Assembly (NCBI GenBank): GCA_963769025.1
Contig: CAVYKI010000009.1
Span: 192,001 to 256,000, forward strand
Source: an uncultured Verrucomicrobiae bacterium
GTDB lineage: Bacteria > Verrucomicrobiota > Verrucomicrobiia > Chthoniobacterales > Chthoniobacteraceae
DNA length: 64,000 nucleotides
Reading direction: 5' to 3'
Below the pieces are notes generated by a model. That model saw only the letters and a program-made list of their open reading frames with translations, did no database searches and had not been told where the DNA came from. Below, piece by piece: positions 18,708 to 31,216 of the stretch (position 1 is the stretch's first letter; each line of letters starts with the position of its first letter). The translations under genes and the position numbers were made by a program.

Positions 18708-18872
18708 ACAAGGAGCCAAATGACCGGGAAAAGGGGCAAAAACGCCCATTTTCGCGGAAAATGCGGCCTTTTCACACGGCGGATCACTCCTGCGAAGCCG
18801 AAGCTCGCTCCCGATGGGGCCTCAGAACGCCTCCGCAGCGACCGCGGGATCGGCCCATTCAGACCGCGCGTA

Positions 18873-21848
18873 TCAGGCACCCGGGCGGATGCAATCGTCG
18901 GTGAGAAGGCTTTCCGGATTCGGGAAGCCGGCAGGGATGCCGGGCGCGGTGACGGGTTCGCCGTGTTGCGATGCGGGCGGCGACCTGTTGGTTCAGGGCG
19001 AGGAGTTGGGCGAGGAGGTCGGCCTTGGCGGTGAAGCCGTAGGCGGCGAGGACGGCGGCATCGAGGGCGGCGTGGGCGTCCTTGAGCGGGTTGGCGCCGG
19101 GGAGTTCGAGCGTGCGGTAGAGCGCCCTCAGCCCGCCCTTGAGCTTCGGCAACGCCTCCGCACGGATGCGCCGCACCTCCCGCCCGGCGGCGGCGACGGC
19201 GCTCACCGCTTTCGCCTCCGGGCTCTGCGGCCAGGGGAAGGTGTCGAAGACGGATGGCGGCGTGTAGCGGAAGTCTGACTTGAGCTTGCTGCACTTGGTC
19301 ACGAACCACAGCCAGTGCGCGTGCGATTGGAGAATGCCGAAGCTGTAGTCGTCCGCGAATGCGAAACACGTCGAGCGTGTGATCGGGCGAATCGTCCGAG
19401 CGAGAAATGCAAAGATCGGGCGCTTGGTGACGTCGGAGCACGCGATGTAGCGCGGCATCGTTGCGAGATCGCGATCGAGCATTCGCGGCGTCGACCGCAC
19501 GAGCTGCCACCAAGTATCGAGGAATCGGCTTGTGGTGCGCGCGCTTTCGCCTTCCGCAGATCCTTGCTCTGCTCGGCTTTCTTCTCGCCGATCGGGCAGG
19601 ACGCGCTGTTGCACGACAGCGCAACGGGCTTGGATAGCTGACGCCTCGAGCATGTTCCGCGTGCTGGAAGTCGATGACGCACTCGCTCTGGCGAGCCGTC
19701 GCCAGTGAGCAAGTCCGCGCCCGATGAGAAAGGATGAATGACCTCGGCGGTTGCGGGATCGCGCTTGATCAATTCCGCGCGCTCATGCGGCGCTGAGACG
19801 GAAGCCTTCATGCCCGGAGCTCTGACCCTTGAAGCAACGCTTGCGGCTTCGTATTGCATCGCAACGACCTGTGCACCGCCACGTCCGTTTGGTCGGACAG
19901 CGCGGAGTTGATTTGCGCTACGTCGCGGAAGCTCAGTTCGTATTCCTTCGCCGCGCTTTTCCCCTGCGACTTCCACAGCTTCTTCATCGCGGCAGTCGGC
20001 TCGACCTTGAACCACAGCCGCCGCGTCTTCGGCAGCAGCGCGGCGTCCTGCGTCTTCACCCAATTGGCGATGGAGACGTGGACGTTCGCCTCGCCGCTCC
20101 ACGGCTGGTTGTCCACGGCTTCGACGATGGTGCCGTCCTTCACGACGTGATCGAGGCCGCCGACGCGGGATTGGTTGTTGCGGATGTTCTGCGTGCCGAC
20201 GAGGCCCGCGCGCCCGGCCACGGGATCGGCGGCGGTGCAGGTCGCGAGGTGGTCGTGCGCGCGGCGAATCCAATAGACGCAGAAGTCCGCCATGCCGGGC
20301 ACCTCGGGGTAGAGCTTGCGCAGCGTGTTCACGTAGTCGGGGCCGCGCTCGGGCTTGAGCAGCTTCGCGCCGAGGAAGGGCGGATTGCCGATGATGACAT
20401 CGGCCTGCGGCCACGGGGTGCGTGACGGGCTCGCGCCGTCGGGGTCCGGTGGTCGCAGCAGCGCGTCGGTCGGCGCTGAAGTTCTCGTCGAGATTGTCGA
20501 GCGGCAGGGCCTGCTCGGCGATGTGCAGCTCGTCGATGGCGAGCTTGCGGGCGATCATCATCGTGACCTTCGCGAGCTCGACGGCGAAGGGGTTGATGTC
20601 CAGGCCGAAGAAGTTCTGCGCGGTGAGGAAGGAGAGGCGCATCTGGCCCTCGCCCTCGCTGGCGTGCTTCGGGAACTCGGTGTCGATGCGCTCGCAGATG
20701 CGGGCCTCCAGCCGCTTCATCTCGCGGTAGGCGATGTAGAGGAAGTTGCCGCGAGCCGCAGGCGGGGTCGAGCACGCGGAAGTCGTGCAGCCGGTCGCGG
20801 AGTTCGCGCAGGCGCTTGACGGTCTTCGCGCCTTCGATCTGCTCGCGCCACGGCTCGGACGATGGTCGGCCCGACGATCTTCATGATGTCGACCGGGATG
20901 GGTGAAGTGCGCGCCGAAGGCGTGGCGTTCATCGCGCGTGCCTTCCATGCCGCTCGAGCATGCTCGAAGAGGGTGCCGAAGATTTCCGGCTGCACCTTCG
21001 ACCAGTCGAAGCGTGGCGGCCTTGCGCAGGGCGACGAGCTCGTCGGTCGTGCAGCTCCAGCCGCGCGGGCTCGGCGAAGAGGCCGCCATTGAAGTAGGCG
21101 ACGCCCTTGAACCGCCCGCCGGTGGCGCGGCCTTGGTGTTCATCGCCTCGAAGAGGCCGCCGAGCAGGTCGTAGCTGTCGGCGGGCGATGTGCAGTCGTC
21201 GAGGAGCTGGGTGACGAAGTATTTCGGGAGCAGGTCGATGTCCTCGGCGAAGAGGGCGACGAGCATTTGCAGGATGAAGCGCTGGGCGGTGGGCGGTCCA
21301 CGCCGCGCTTGCGGAACTTGCGGAAGCACGTCGGCGAGGCAGTCGGCGGCTTCGCGGGTGACGGCGACGCGGTCGTTGTCGAAGACGGGCTTGGGCTGGC
21401 CGGGGAAGAGGAAAGCCAGCGGGCCGTAGTGCCCGGCGAGGCTGTCGAGCTTCGCGATGCCGACGGGCGAGTCCATCTGCGTCTCGAAGTCGTAGACCTG
21501 GAACTCGTCGAAGTTGCAGAGGACGACGTAGCGCGGGCGGCCGGGGACGAGGCGCGTCCAGTAGTCGAAGGCCTGGCGGTAGTGCTTCGAGAGCACCGCG
21601 CCGCGCTTCTTCATTTCGATGAGGACGACGGGCTTCCAGACGTAGTCGGCGAAGCTGGTGCCGCCGCCGTCCTCGGTGGCCTTGCGGACGCGGAACTCGG
21701 GCTCGCCGCCGACGTCGAGCGAGCCCGCGTGGCCGAAGGCGAGGAAGAGGCGGTCGAGGAAGATCTGCGCCTGGCCTTTTTCGTCGCCGGTGATGTGGGC
21801 CTGCGCCCATGCGGTGAAGGCGGCGAGTTTGTCCGTGGGGCTGTTCAT
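18873..21848 (-). CDS. MmeI-like Type IIL/IIG restriction-modification enzyme (endonuclease + N6-adenine MTase + TRD), many indels
   Basis: ADYVWKPVVLIEMK (PD-ExK), CNFDEF, YFNGGLF, PEIFGTLFE, LDPACGSGNF, IIGNPPFLG, FDTFPWP, AHAALDAAVLAAYG. Confidence 0.88.
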
Positions 21849-21945
21849 GGTTCCAGTGGCGCGGGCTGTAGCAGCGGCGCGGGAAGTTGGCGAGCGCCGC
21901 TTGCCTTGATTGGGGTGGGGGGATAACGACTGCGCTCCGCTTTTC

Positions 21946-24900
21946 ATGAATCCCACCCGCACCGCGCTCCGCCGACCGATGACCGTCCTGGTCGCTGGTG
22001 ATCGCGGTGTGCCTCGGCGGCGTGGCTCGCGATCCAGCGGATGACGCGCGACATCTTCCCGCCGCTCGGCATCCCGACGATCTATGTGGCGCAGCCGTAC
22101 GGCGGCATGGACCCGGCGCAGATGGAGGGCTACCTGACCTACCGCTACGAGTATCACTTTCTCTACATCGCGAACATCGAGCACGTGGAGTCGAAGTCCA
22201 TCCAGGGCGCTTCGATCATGAAGCTGCAGTTTCATCCCGGCACGGACATGTGCCAGGCGATGTCGGAGACGGTCGCGCAGGTGAATCGCTCGCGCGCCTT
22301 CATGCCGCCGGGCACGGTCGCGCCGTTCATCATGCGGTTCGATGCGGGCAGCGTCGCGGTCGGCTATCTCGTCTTCTCCACGGAGGATCCGAACATCACG
22401 CTCGAACCAGATGCAGGACCAGGCGCTGAACCGCGTGCGTCCCGCGTTTGCCACGCTGCCGGGCGTGTCGGCGCCGCCGCCGTTCGGCGGCAGCTCGCGC
22501 GGCATCATGGTGAATGTGAACCCGGACCGGATGCAGGCCTACGGGCTCTCGCCGGACGACATCGTGAAGGCGCTCGCGCAGGGCAACCTCGATCAGCCCG
22601 TCGGGCAACATGAATCTCGGCGGGCAAATATCCCATCGTGGCGATGAACGCGATCGTCACGAATCGTGAAGGACCTCGAGGCGGTGCCGCTGAAGCAGAC
22701 GGCGAACGGCGCGGTCTTCGTGCGCGACGTGGCGACGGTCGCGGACGCGCGCGGACGTGACCACTTCCTACGCGCTCGCGAATGGCAAGCGCACCGTCTA
22801 TCTGCCGGTCACGAAGCGCGCCGAGGCCTCGACGCTCGCGGTCGTGGAGACTGGTGAAGAAGAACATCCCGGAATTCCAGAAGCTGCTGCCGGACGGCAT
22901 CAAGGTGAGCTACGAGTTCGACCAGTCGCCGGTGGTGAACCGCTCGCATCAAGGATCTGCTGAAGGAAGGCGGGCTCGGCGCGATCCTCACCGGCACTGA
23001 TGGTGCTGCTGTTCCTGCGCGACTGGCGCACGCGCGTTCATCGTGGTGATCAACATCCCGCTCTCGCTGCTCGCCGCGGCGTTCGCGCTGTGGATCAGCG
23101 GGCAGAACATCCACCTCATGACGCTCGGCGGCCTCGCGCTCGCGGTCGGCATCCTCGTGGATGAGGCGACGGTCGCGGTGGAAAACATCCACGCGCACCT
23201 CGCGCGCGGCACGTCCGCTCGCGCGCGCGGCGCTCGACGGCACGCTGCGAGACGGCGCTGCCGCGTTTGCTCGCGATGCTGTGCATTCTCGCGGTGTTCA
23301 TCCCGGCGTTCTTCATGGTCGGCGCGGCGCAGGCGCTCTTCGTGCCGATGGCGCTGGCGGTCGGCTTCGCGATGGTCGCGTCGTTCATCCTGTCGAGCAC
23401 GCTGGTGCCGATCCTCAGCGTGTGGTTTCTCCGCGGACACGACGAAGGCAGTCCACGATGCGTCCGTCTGTCGGCAGGCTGCAGTCGCGTCTACGCGGGC
23501 GTGCTCCGCGGCGTGGTCGCGGTGCGCTGGCCGCTGGTGCTGATCTATCTGGTCGCTGCGGGTGCGGCGGTCTGGATCATCGGCGGCCGGCTCGGCACGG
23601 AGATTTTCCCGAAGACGGACACCGGGCAGTTTGCGCTGCGCTTCCGCGCGCCGAGCGGCACGCAGGTCGGCATGACGGAGAGCAATCGCGCAGCAGATCC
23701 TCGCCATCATCGCCCGCGAGGCCGGCGGCGCGGACAAGGTCGAGATGACCATCGGCATGGTCGGCGTGCACAATTCCAGCTTCCCCGTGAATCTCGTCCA
23801 TCTCTGGAACGGCGGCCCCGAGGAAGGCTGGCTCGCGGTGCAGCTCAAGCGCGGCACCGGCGTGCAGATCGAGGCATTCAAGGAGCGGCTGCGCGGCGTG
23901 CTCGCGAAGGAGCTGCCCGACGTGCGCCTGTCCTTCGAGCCGCAGGACATCGTCACGCGCGTGATGAGCTTCGGCTCGCCGACGCCCATCGAGATCGCCG
24001 TCAGCGGCCCGAGCCTCGCCGGCGAGCAAGGACGCACGCGGAGAAGATTGCTCGCGAAGCTGCAAGAAGCTCCCCTTCCTGCGCGATGTGCAGATCGCGC
24101 AGACGCTCGATTTCCCGACCGTGAATGTGAAGATCAACCGCGAGCGCGCCGGCCTGCTCGGCGTGAATGTCGAGGACGTCACGCGCTCGCTCGTCGCCGC
24201 GACGACATCGAGCCGCTTCACCATCGCCGAATCTACTGGGCCGATCCCGGCACGGGCATCAGCTTCAATCTGCAGGTGCAGATTCCCGAGGAGCGCACGC
24301 AGACGCATCGAGGACCTGAAGAACGTGCCGGTCACCGCCGAGCGGCGGCAAGACCGTGCTGCTGCGCAACCTCGCGGACATCGACGACCGGCACCGCCGT
24401 CGGCACCTACGAGCGCTACAACATGGCGCGCGTCGTCAGCATCACCGCGAACATTCACGGCACGGATCTCGGCACCGCGATCGCGCGAAATCCGCAAGGC
24501 GATCGCCGAGGTCGGACCTGCGCCCGACGGCAAGACGAAGGTGGATGTGCGCGGCCAGGTCGTGCCGCTGCGAGCAGCTGCATGGACGGCTTCCGCTCCG
24601 GGCTCATCATCGCGGTGCTCGTGATCTTCCTGATGCTCATGGCGAATTTCCAATCCGTGCGCCTCGCGCTCGCCGTCGTCTCCACGGTGCCCGCCGTGCT
24701 CGCCGGCGTGGTGCTCGCGCTGTGGCTCACGGGCACGACGCTGAACATCCAGTCCGCGATGGGCGCGATCATGGCCGTCGGCGTCGCGGTCGCGAATGCG
24801 ATCCTGCTCGTGACCTTCGCGGAAAAGGCGCGCGTCGCGCAGCGCCGATCCGCAGCGCCGCCGCCATCGAGGGCGCGCGCAGCCGCCTGCGGCCGATCCT

Positions 24901-25154
24901 GATGACCAGCTTCGCGATGATCGCCGGCATGATGCCGCTCGCGCTCGGCCTCGGCGAAGGCGGCGACCAGACCGCGCCGCTCGGCCGCGCCGTGGTCGGC
25001 GGCCTCGCTGCGGCCACGCTCGCCACGCTCTTCATCCTGCCCTGCGTCTTCGCCCTTCTCACGACACGCAAGGTCCGCTCCGCCTCGCTCGATCCCGGAT
25101 GATTCGGAGAGCGCGCATCACGCAATCAGCCAACTCCAAGTCCAGACACCATGA
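21946..25154 (+). CDS. RND efflux permease (AcrB/CusA superfamily), many indels
   Basis: [55 protein letters not shown]; stop inferred at ATGA overlap with the next gene. Confidence 0.9.
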
Positions 25155-26184
25155 AATCTCTCTCGAGCGCCATCTTTTGCATCGCCGTCGCCGCGCACGC
25201 GGCGGATCCGGTGCCGGTGAAATTTGCGAGCGCGAAGCGCGGGGACATCCATCGCTGGATCACGCTGCCGGGCACGCTGAAGGCGAACCAGCAGGCGACG
25301 CTCTATGCGAAGGTCGCGGGCTACCTCGCCAATGTCGCCGTGGACCGCGGCGACACCGTGAAGGCCGGGCAGCTGCTCGGCGAACTCGAAGTGCCCGAGT
25401 TGCTCGCCGACGCGAAGAAATTCGAGGCGGATGTGAAGGTCGCGGAGGTGGAGCTTTCGCGCCTCGTGGAGGCGCAGAAAAAGGCGCCCGACCTCGTCCT
25501 GCCGCAGGCGCTCGACAAGGCGCGCGGCGCGGCGGACGTGGCCCGCGCGACGCTCGAACGCACGAACACGCTGCTCGAATTTTGCGAAAATCACCGCGCC
25601 ATTCGCGGGCATCGATCACGGGGCGCTTTGTGGACAACGGCGCATTCGTCCCGTCCGCGACCGGCGGCAGCGCGGCGCAGAATGCGGCGATTTTCACGCT
25701 CATGGATTTCACCACCATCCGCGCGCAGGTCGCCGTGCCGGAGATCGAGGTGCCGCTCATCCGTCCGGGACTGCCGGTGAAGTTCACGCTGGAGGCGGTG
25801 CCCGGGAAAACATTCGAGGCCACGGTCTCGCGCTCGAACGGCGCGCTCGATGAGGCGACCCGCACGATGCTCGTCGAGGCCGATCTGCCGAATCCCGACG
25901 CGGTGCTGCGCCCCGGCATGTATGCAAATATCCGCATCGCCGTGGAGAAGCACACGGGCGTGATCACGGTCCCCGTCGAGGCGCTGCTCATGGAAAAGGC
26001 GAACGCGTTCGTGTTCAAAGTCGTCGACGGCAAGGCGAAGAAGACCGCGGTGAAGCTCGGCTTCAACGACGGCACGAATGTGGAGATGCTCGAAGGAGCT
26101 CGCCGATGGCGAGGGACTGATCGTGCCGGGAAAGGTGCCGCCTGCGGATGGACAGCCTGTGAAACCGGAGACCGCGCAAAGTAA
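25151..26184 (+). CDS. RND periplasmic adaptor (MFP), frameshifted
   Basis: LYAKVAGYL, VDRGDTVKAGQLL, LDEATRTMLVE, LRPGMYA. Confidence 0.9.
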
Positions 26185-26199
26185 GCTGATCCATCCATC

Positions 26200-27551
26200 A
26201 TGAAAACCGCCCCCATTTTCCTCCTCGCACTCGGCGGTGTCGCACTCGCGGCAAGATGCCCCGCGCAGAAAGAATCGAATCTGCCCGCAGCCGCGTGAAC
26301 CTCGCCGCCGTCATGCGGCTCGCGGGTGCGCGGAATCTCGACATCCGCATCGCGGACGCGCGGCTCGCCGAGGCCTGGGCGCAGCACGAGGCGGCGCGGA
26401 TGCAGTTTTTTCCGTATCTCACGCCGGGCTTCTCATTTCGGCGGCACGAGGGGAACATCCAGACCGTGGAAGGGCCGATCATCGACGCGGACAAGGAGAG
26501 CATCGGCTTTGGTGTCGGGAGTGACGCTCCAGGTCGAACTCGGCGAGGCGTACTACAAGGCGCTGACGACGAAAACGCTCGCGGGTGCCGCCGAGCATTG
26601 CGGTCGAGGTGCAGCGGCGCGAGAGCATCTGGCAGGCGGTGTCGGCGTATCTTGAACTCGTGCGCGCAAAGGCCGCGGTCGCGTGGCGGCGGATGCCGTC
26701 GGCATTTCGGAGGACTACACGCGGCAGGTGAAGCAGGCGGTGGATGCGGGCATCGCTTTCAAAGGCGACGCATTTCGCGCGACGGCGCAGGTGGAGCGGA
26801 ATCAGCTCACGAAAAGCCAGGCGCGCGGGCAGCAACGGATCGCAGCCGCGCGGCTCGCGCAGATCCTGCACCTTCCGGCGAAGATCGAACTTCTCCCCGG
26901 CGACGATGCGGTGACGTTCAGCTTCGGCGATTCGCGGCGCAGCCTCGATTCGCTCATCGCCGCGGCGCATCGCCGCGCGCCCGGAGATGGCCATGAGCGC
27001 GGAGCAGCTCGAGGCCGCGATGAAGAACAGCGAAGCCGCGCGATGGGCGCCGGTGGTGCCGACGTTGAAGGCGGAGTATTACGAGGGCGGGCTTGGCGGC
27101 GGCACATTCAGCGATGGCACCGGCTCGTACAACACCACGAGGGAATACGGCATCGGCCTCACGTGGCGCATCGGGCCGGGCGGACTTTTCGATCCTTCGC
27201 GGACACATCTCGCCGATGCGCGGCAGCGCGGCACCGCCATCGAGCGGGACAAGCTGCGCGAGGAAATCGCGCGGCAGGTCGTGGAGGCGTACACGCTCGT
27301 CCATTCGCTCCAGGATCAGCTCGCCCATGCGCGCGCGGCCCTCGGTGCCGCGGAGAAAACCTCGGAACTCGCACGCGAGCGCCGCGCATTTGCCGTCGGC
27401 GAAGTGCTGGAAAGCATCCTCGCCGAAGCAGGAGCTTTCCCGCGCACGGCTCGACCACCTCACGATCGTGACCGAGCACAACCGCGCGCAATTCCTCCTG
27501 CGCCGCGCGATCGGTGCGGATGCCGGCGAATACGCGCAGCGGAAAAAATAA
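26200..27551 (+). CDS. TolC-family outer-membrane efflux protein, frameshifted
   Basis: Signal peptide, ARNLDIRIA, helical repeats, HNRAQFLLRRAIG; operon context. Confidence 0.85.
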
Positions 27552-27590
27552 TCACGCGCACGGTCTGCGGTGCTGCGTATCGTCGCGCGC

Positions 27591-29377
<1,787 letters not shown>

Positions 29378-29483
29378 GGGCGCGTTGACTACCGATGTGT
29401 ACTGCGCATCTCAAGATATATATGTGGGTGCCGGATAATTTGCCTTCCAAGCCGTTGCGCTTCAGGACACTGTTGCGCCCGCT

Positions 29484-30167
29484 ATGAAATCTCTCCTCCT
29501 CATCGTCCCCCTCATTTTTGCCGCAGCGTTCGCACGCGCGGACATCATCATCGAACAGAAAATGGAGTCCGCCATCATCAATGGCAACGTCACCATGAAA
29601 GTGAAGGGTGACCAGGCTCGCATGGACATGCCGAGCCCGCTCGGCGGAAATGTCACCACGCTCATGAATTTCAAGACCGGGGACATGGTCACGCTGATGC
29701 ATCAGCAAAAGATGGCGATGAAGATGAATCTCTCCGATGTGAAGAAGCAGCAGGAGGCCGGGCAGAAGGCGCTCGGCGTGGACCCGACGAAGATCGAGAA
29801 GCCGAAGTCCACGGGACAAAAGGAGAAGGTCGGCGACTACGACACCGAGATTTTTGAAATGAACCAGGGTTCGCTGCAGGCGAAGATGTGGATCGCGAAG
29901 GATTTTCCCAACGCGCAGGCCATCAAGGACCAGATGATGAAGTTGAGCAGCAGCATGGGTGGCGCGGGGTTTGACCCGAGCAAAGTGGACGTGCCCGGCA
30001 TGGTCGTGAAAAGCGAGGTCAGCACGCCCGTGGGCAAGATGACCATCACCCTCGTGAAGGCCAAGGAAGAGGCGGTGGACGAGGCGGAATTCAAGCAACC
30101 CGAGGGCTATCAGGAAATGAAGATGCCCACGCTGCCAGGAGCCCCGGCGCCCGCCGCGCCGAAATAG
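29484..30167 (+). CDS. Secreted DUF4412-like protein
   Basis: Signal peptide; RMDM, TGQKEKVGDYDTE, MWIAKD, F..PEGYQEM. Confidence 0.7.
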   Translation: MKSLLLIVPLIFAAAFARADIIIEQKMESAIINGNVTMKVKGDQARMDMPSPLGGNVTTLMNFKTGDMVTLMHQQKMAMKMNLSDVKKQQEAGQKALGVDPTKIEKPKSTGQKEKVGDYDTEIFEMNQGSLQAKMWIAKDFPNAQAIKDQMMKLSSSMGGAGFDPSKVDVPGMVVKSEVSTPVGKMTITLVKAKEEAVDEAEFKQPEGYQEMKMPTLPGAPAPAAPK

Positions 30168-30286
30168 CTGCGGGCTGGACCGGACGCGCGTCCGGTTTCC
30201 CCGAAAGTTTGGCCGCAAGCGCGCCGGAATTCCCGGGCAGCCATGCGGGAGCTTGACCCGGTCGCGATTGTGCTGTCTGCAACGGC

Positions 30287-31216
30287 ATGACTTCGCTTCT
30301 TACGGGCACGACACCTGAACTCGACGTTACGGTGCGCGTGGGCTGCAGCCTCGCCTACGAGGCCACGGGTCCGGCCTGGCTGCTTCTGCACTTGAAACCC
30401 CGGCCGGATCGCCGGCATGCCGTGGTCTTCGAGGCGCTGACTCTCGGCAACAATCTTCCCGCCGAGGAATTCACCGACAGCCACGGGAATCAGGTTTACC
30501 GCGTGGCCCTCGCACCCGGCACGAATTGCTTCCGGCACGACGCCATCGTCTCCGTCTCCTCGCAGCCGGACAATCATGATCTCCCTCCGTCCGCGCCGCT
30601 GTCGCCCGGCGAACTGCCGCTCGATGTGCTGCGCTACACGCTGCCCAGCCGCTATTGCGACTCCGACAAGCTGACCAACTTTGCGTGGGAAAAATTCGGC
30701 CAGGTGGAGCACGGCCTGCCGCGCGTGCAGGCCATCAGCGAGTGGCTGCATGAAAACATCGAATACCGCTACTGCTCCGGACGCTCCGACATCTCCGCAT
30801 GGGATGTCCTCCAACGCGGGTACGGCGTGTGCCGTGATTTTGCGCACCTCGCCATTTCGCTCAATCGCACCTTCAACGTCCCGGCGCGCTACGTGACCGG
30901 CCACCTGCCCGACATCGGTTTTCCGGATCCGGAAAACCACATGGATTTCCACGCCTACGCCGAGGTGTATCTCGGCGGTCAATGGTTCACTACGGACGCG
31001 CGCTTCCACGTGCCGCGCATCGGCCGGATCAAAGTCGCCTGCGGCCAGGACGCCGTGGACGGCGCGTTCTCGACGATCTATGGCGGCGCGACGCTCAGCT
31101 ACTTCCAAGTCTGGGCCTACCAGGTCGCGCGCGGCACCGTCGGCGTCGGTGATCCGCTGGATTTTTCCAAGCGTCTCGACAACCAGTGGAAGGTGGTCAC
31201 GGACCCGCCGCAGTGA
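30287..31216 (+). CDS. Transglutaminase-like family protein
   Basis: PSRYCDSD, GVCRDFAHLAI, DFHAYAEVYLGG (Cys-His-Asp triad). Confidence 0.9.
   Translation: MTSLLTGTTPELDVTVRVGCSLAYEATGPAWLLLHLKPRPDRRHAVVFEALTLGNNLPAEEFTDSHGNQVYRVALAPGTNCFRHDAIVSVSSQPDNHDLPPSAPLSPGELPLDVLRYTLPSRYCDSDKLTNFAWEKFGQVEHGLPRVQAISEWLHENIEYRYCSGRSDISAWDVLQRGYGVCRDFAHLAISLNRTFNVPARYVTGHLPDIGFPDPENHMDFHAYAEVYLGGQWFTTDARFHVPRIGRIKVACGQDAVDGAFSTIYGGATLSYFQVWAYQVARGTVGVGDPLDFSKRLDNQWKVVTDPPQ

Noticed and set aside
19299..22508. 1069-aa ORF as the full R-M protein
   Set aside because: Its N-terminal part is antisense to the RND gene and it drifts out of frame; the real gene starts at 21848
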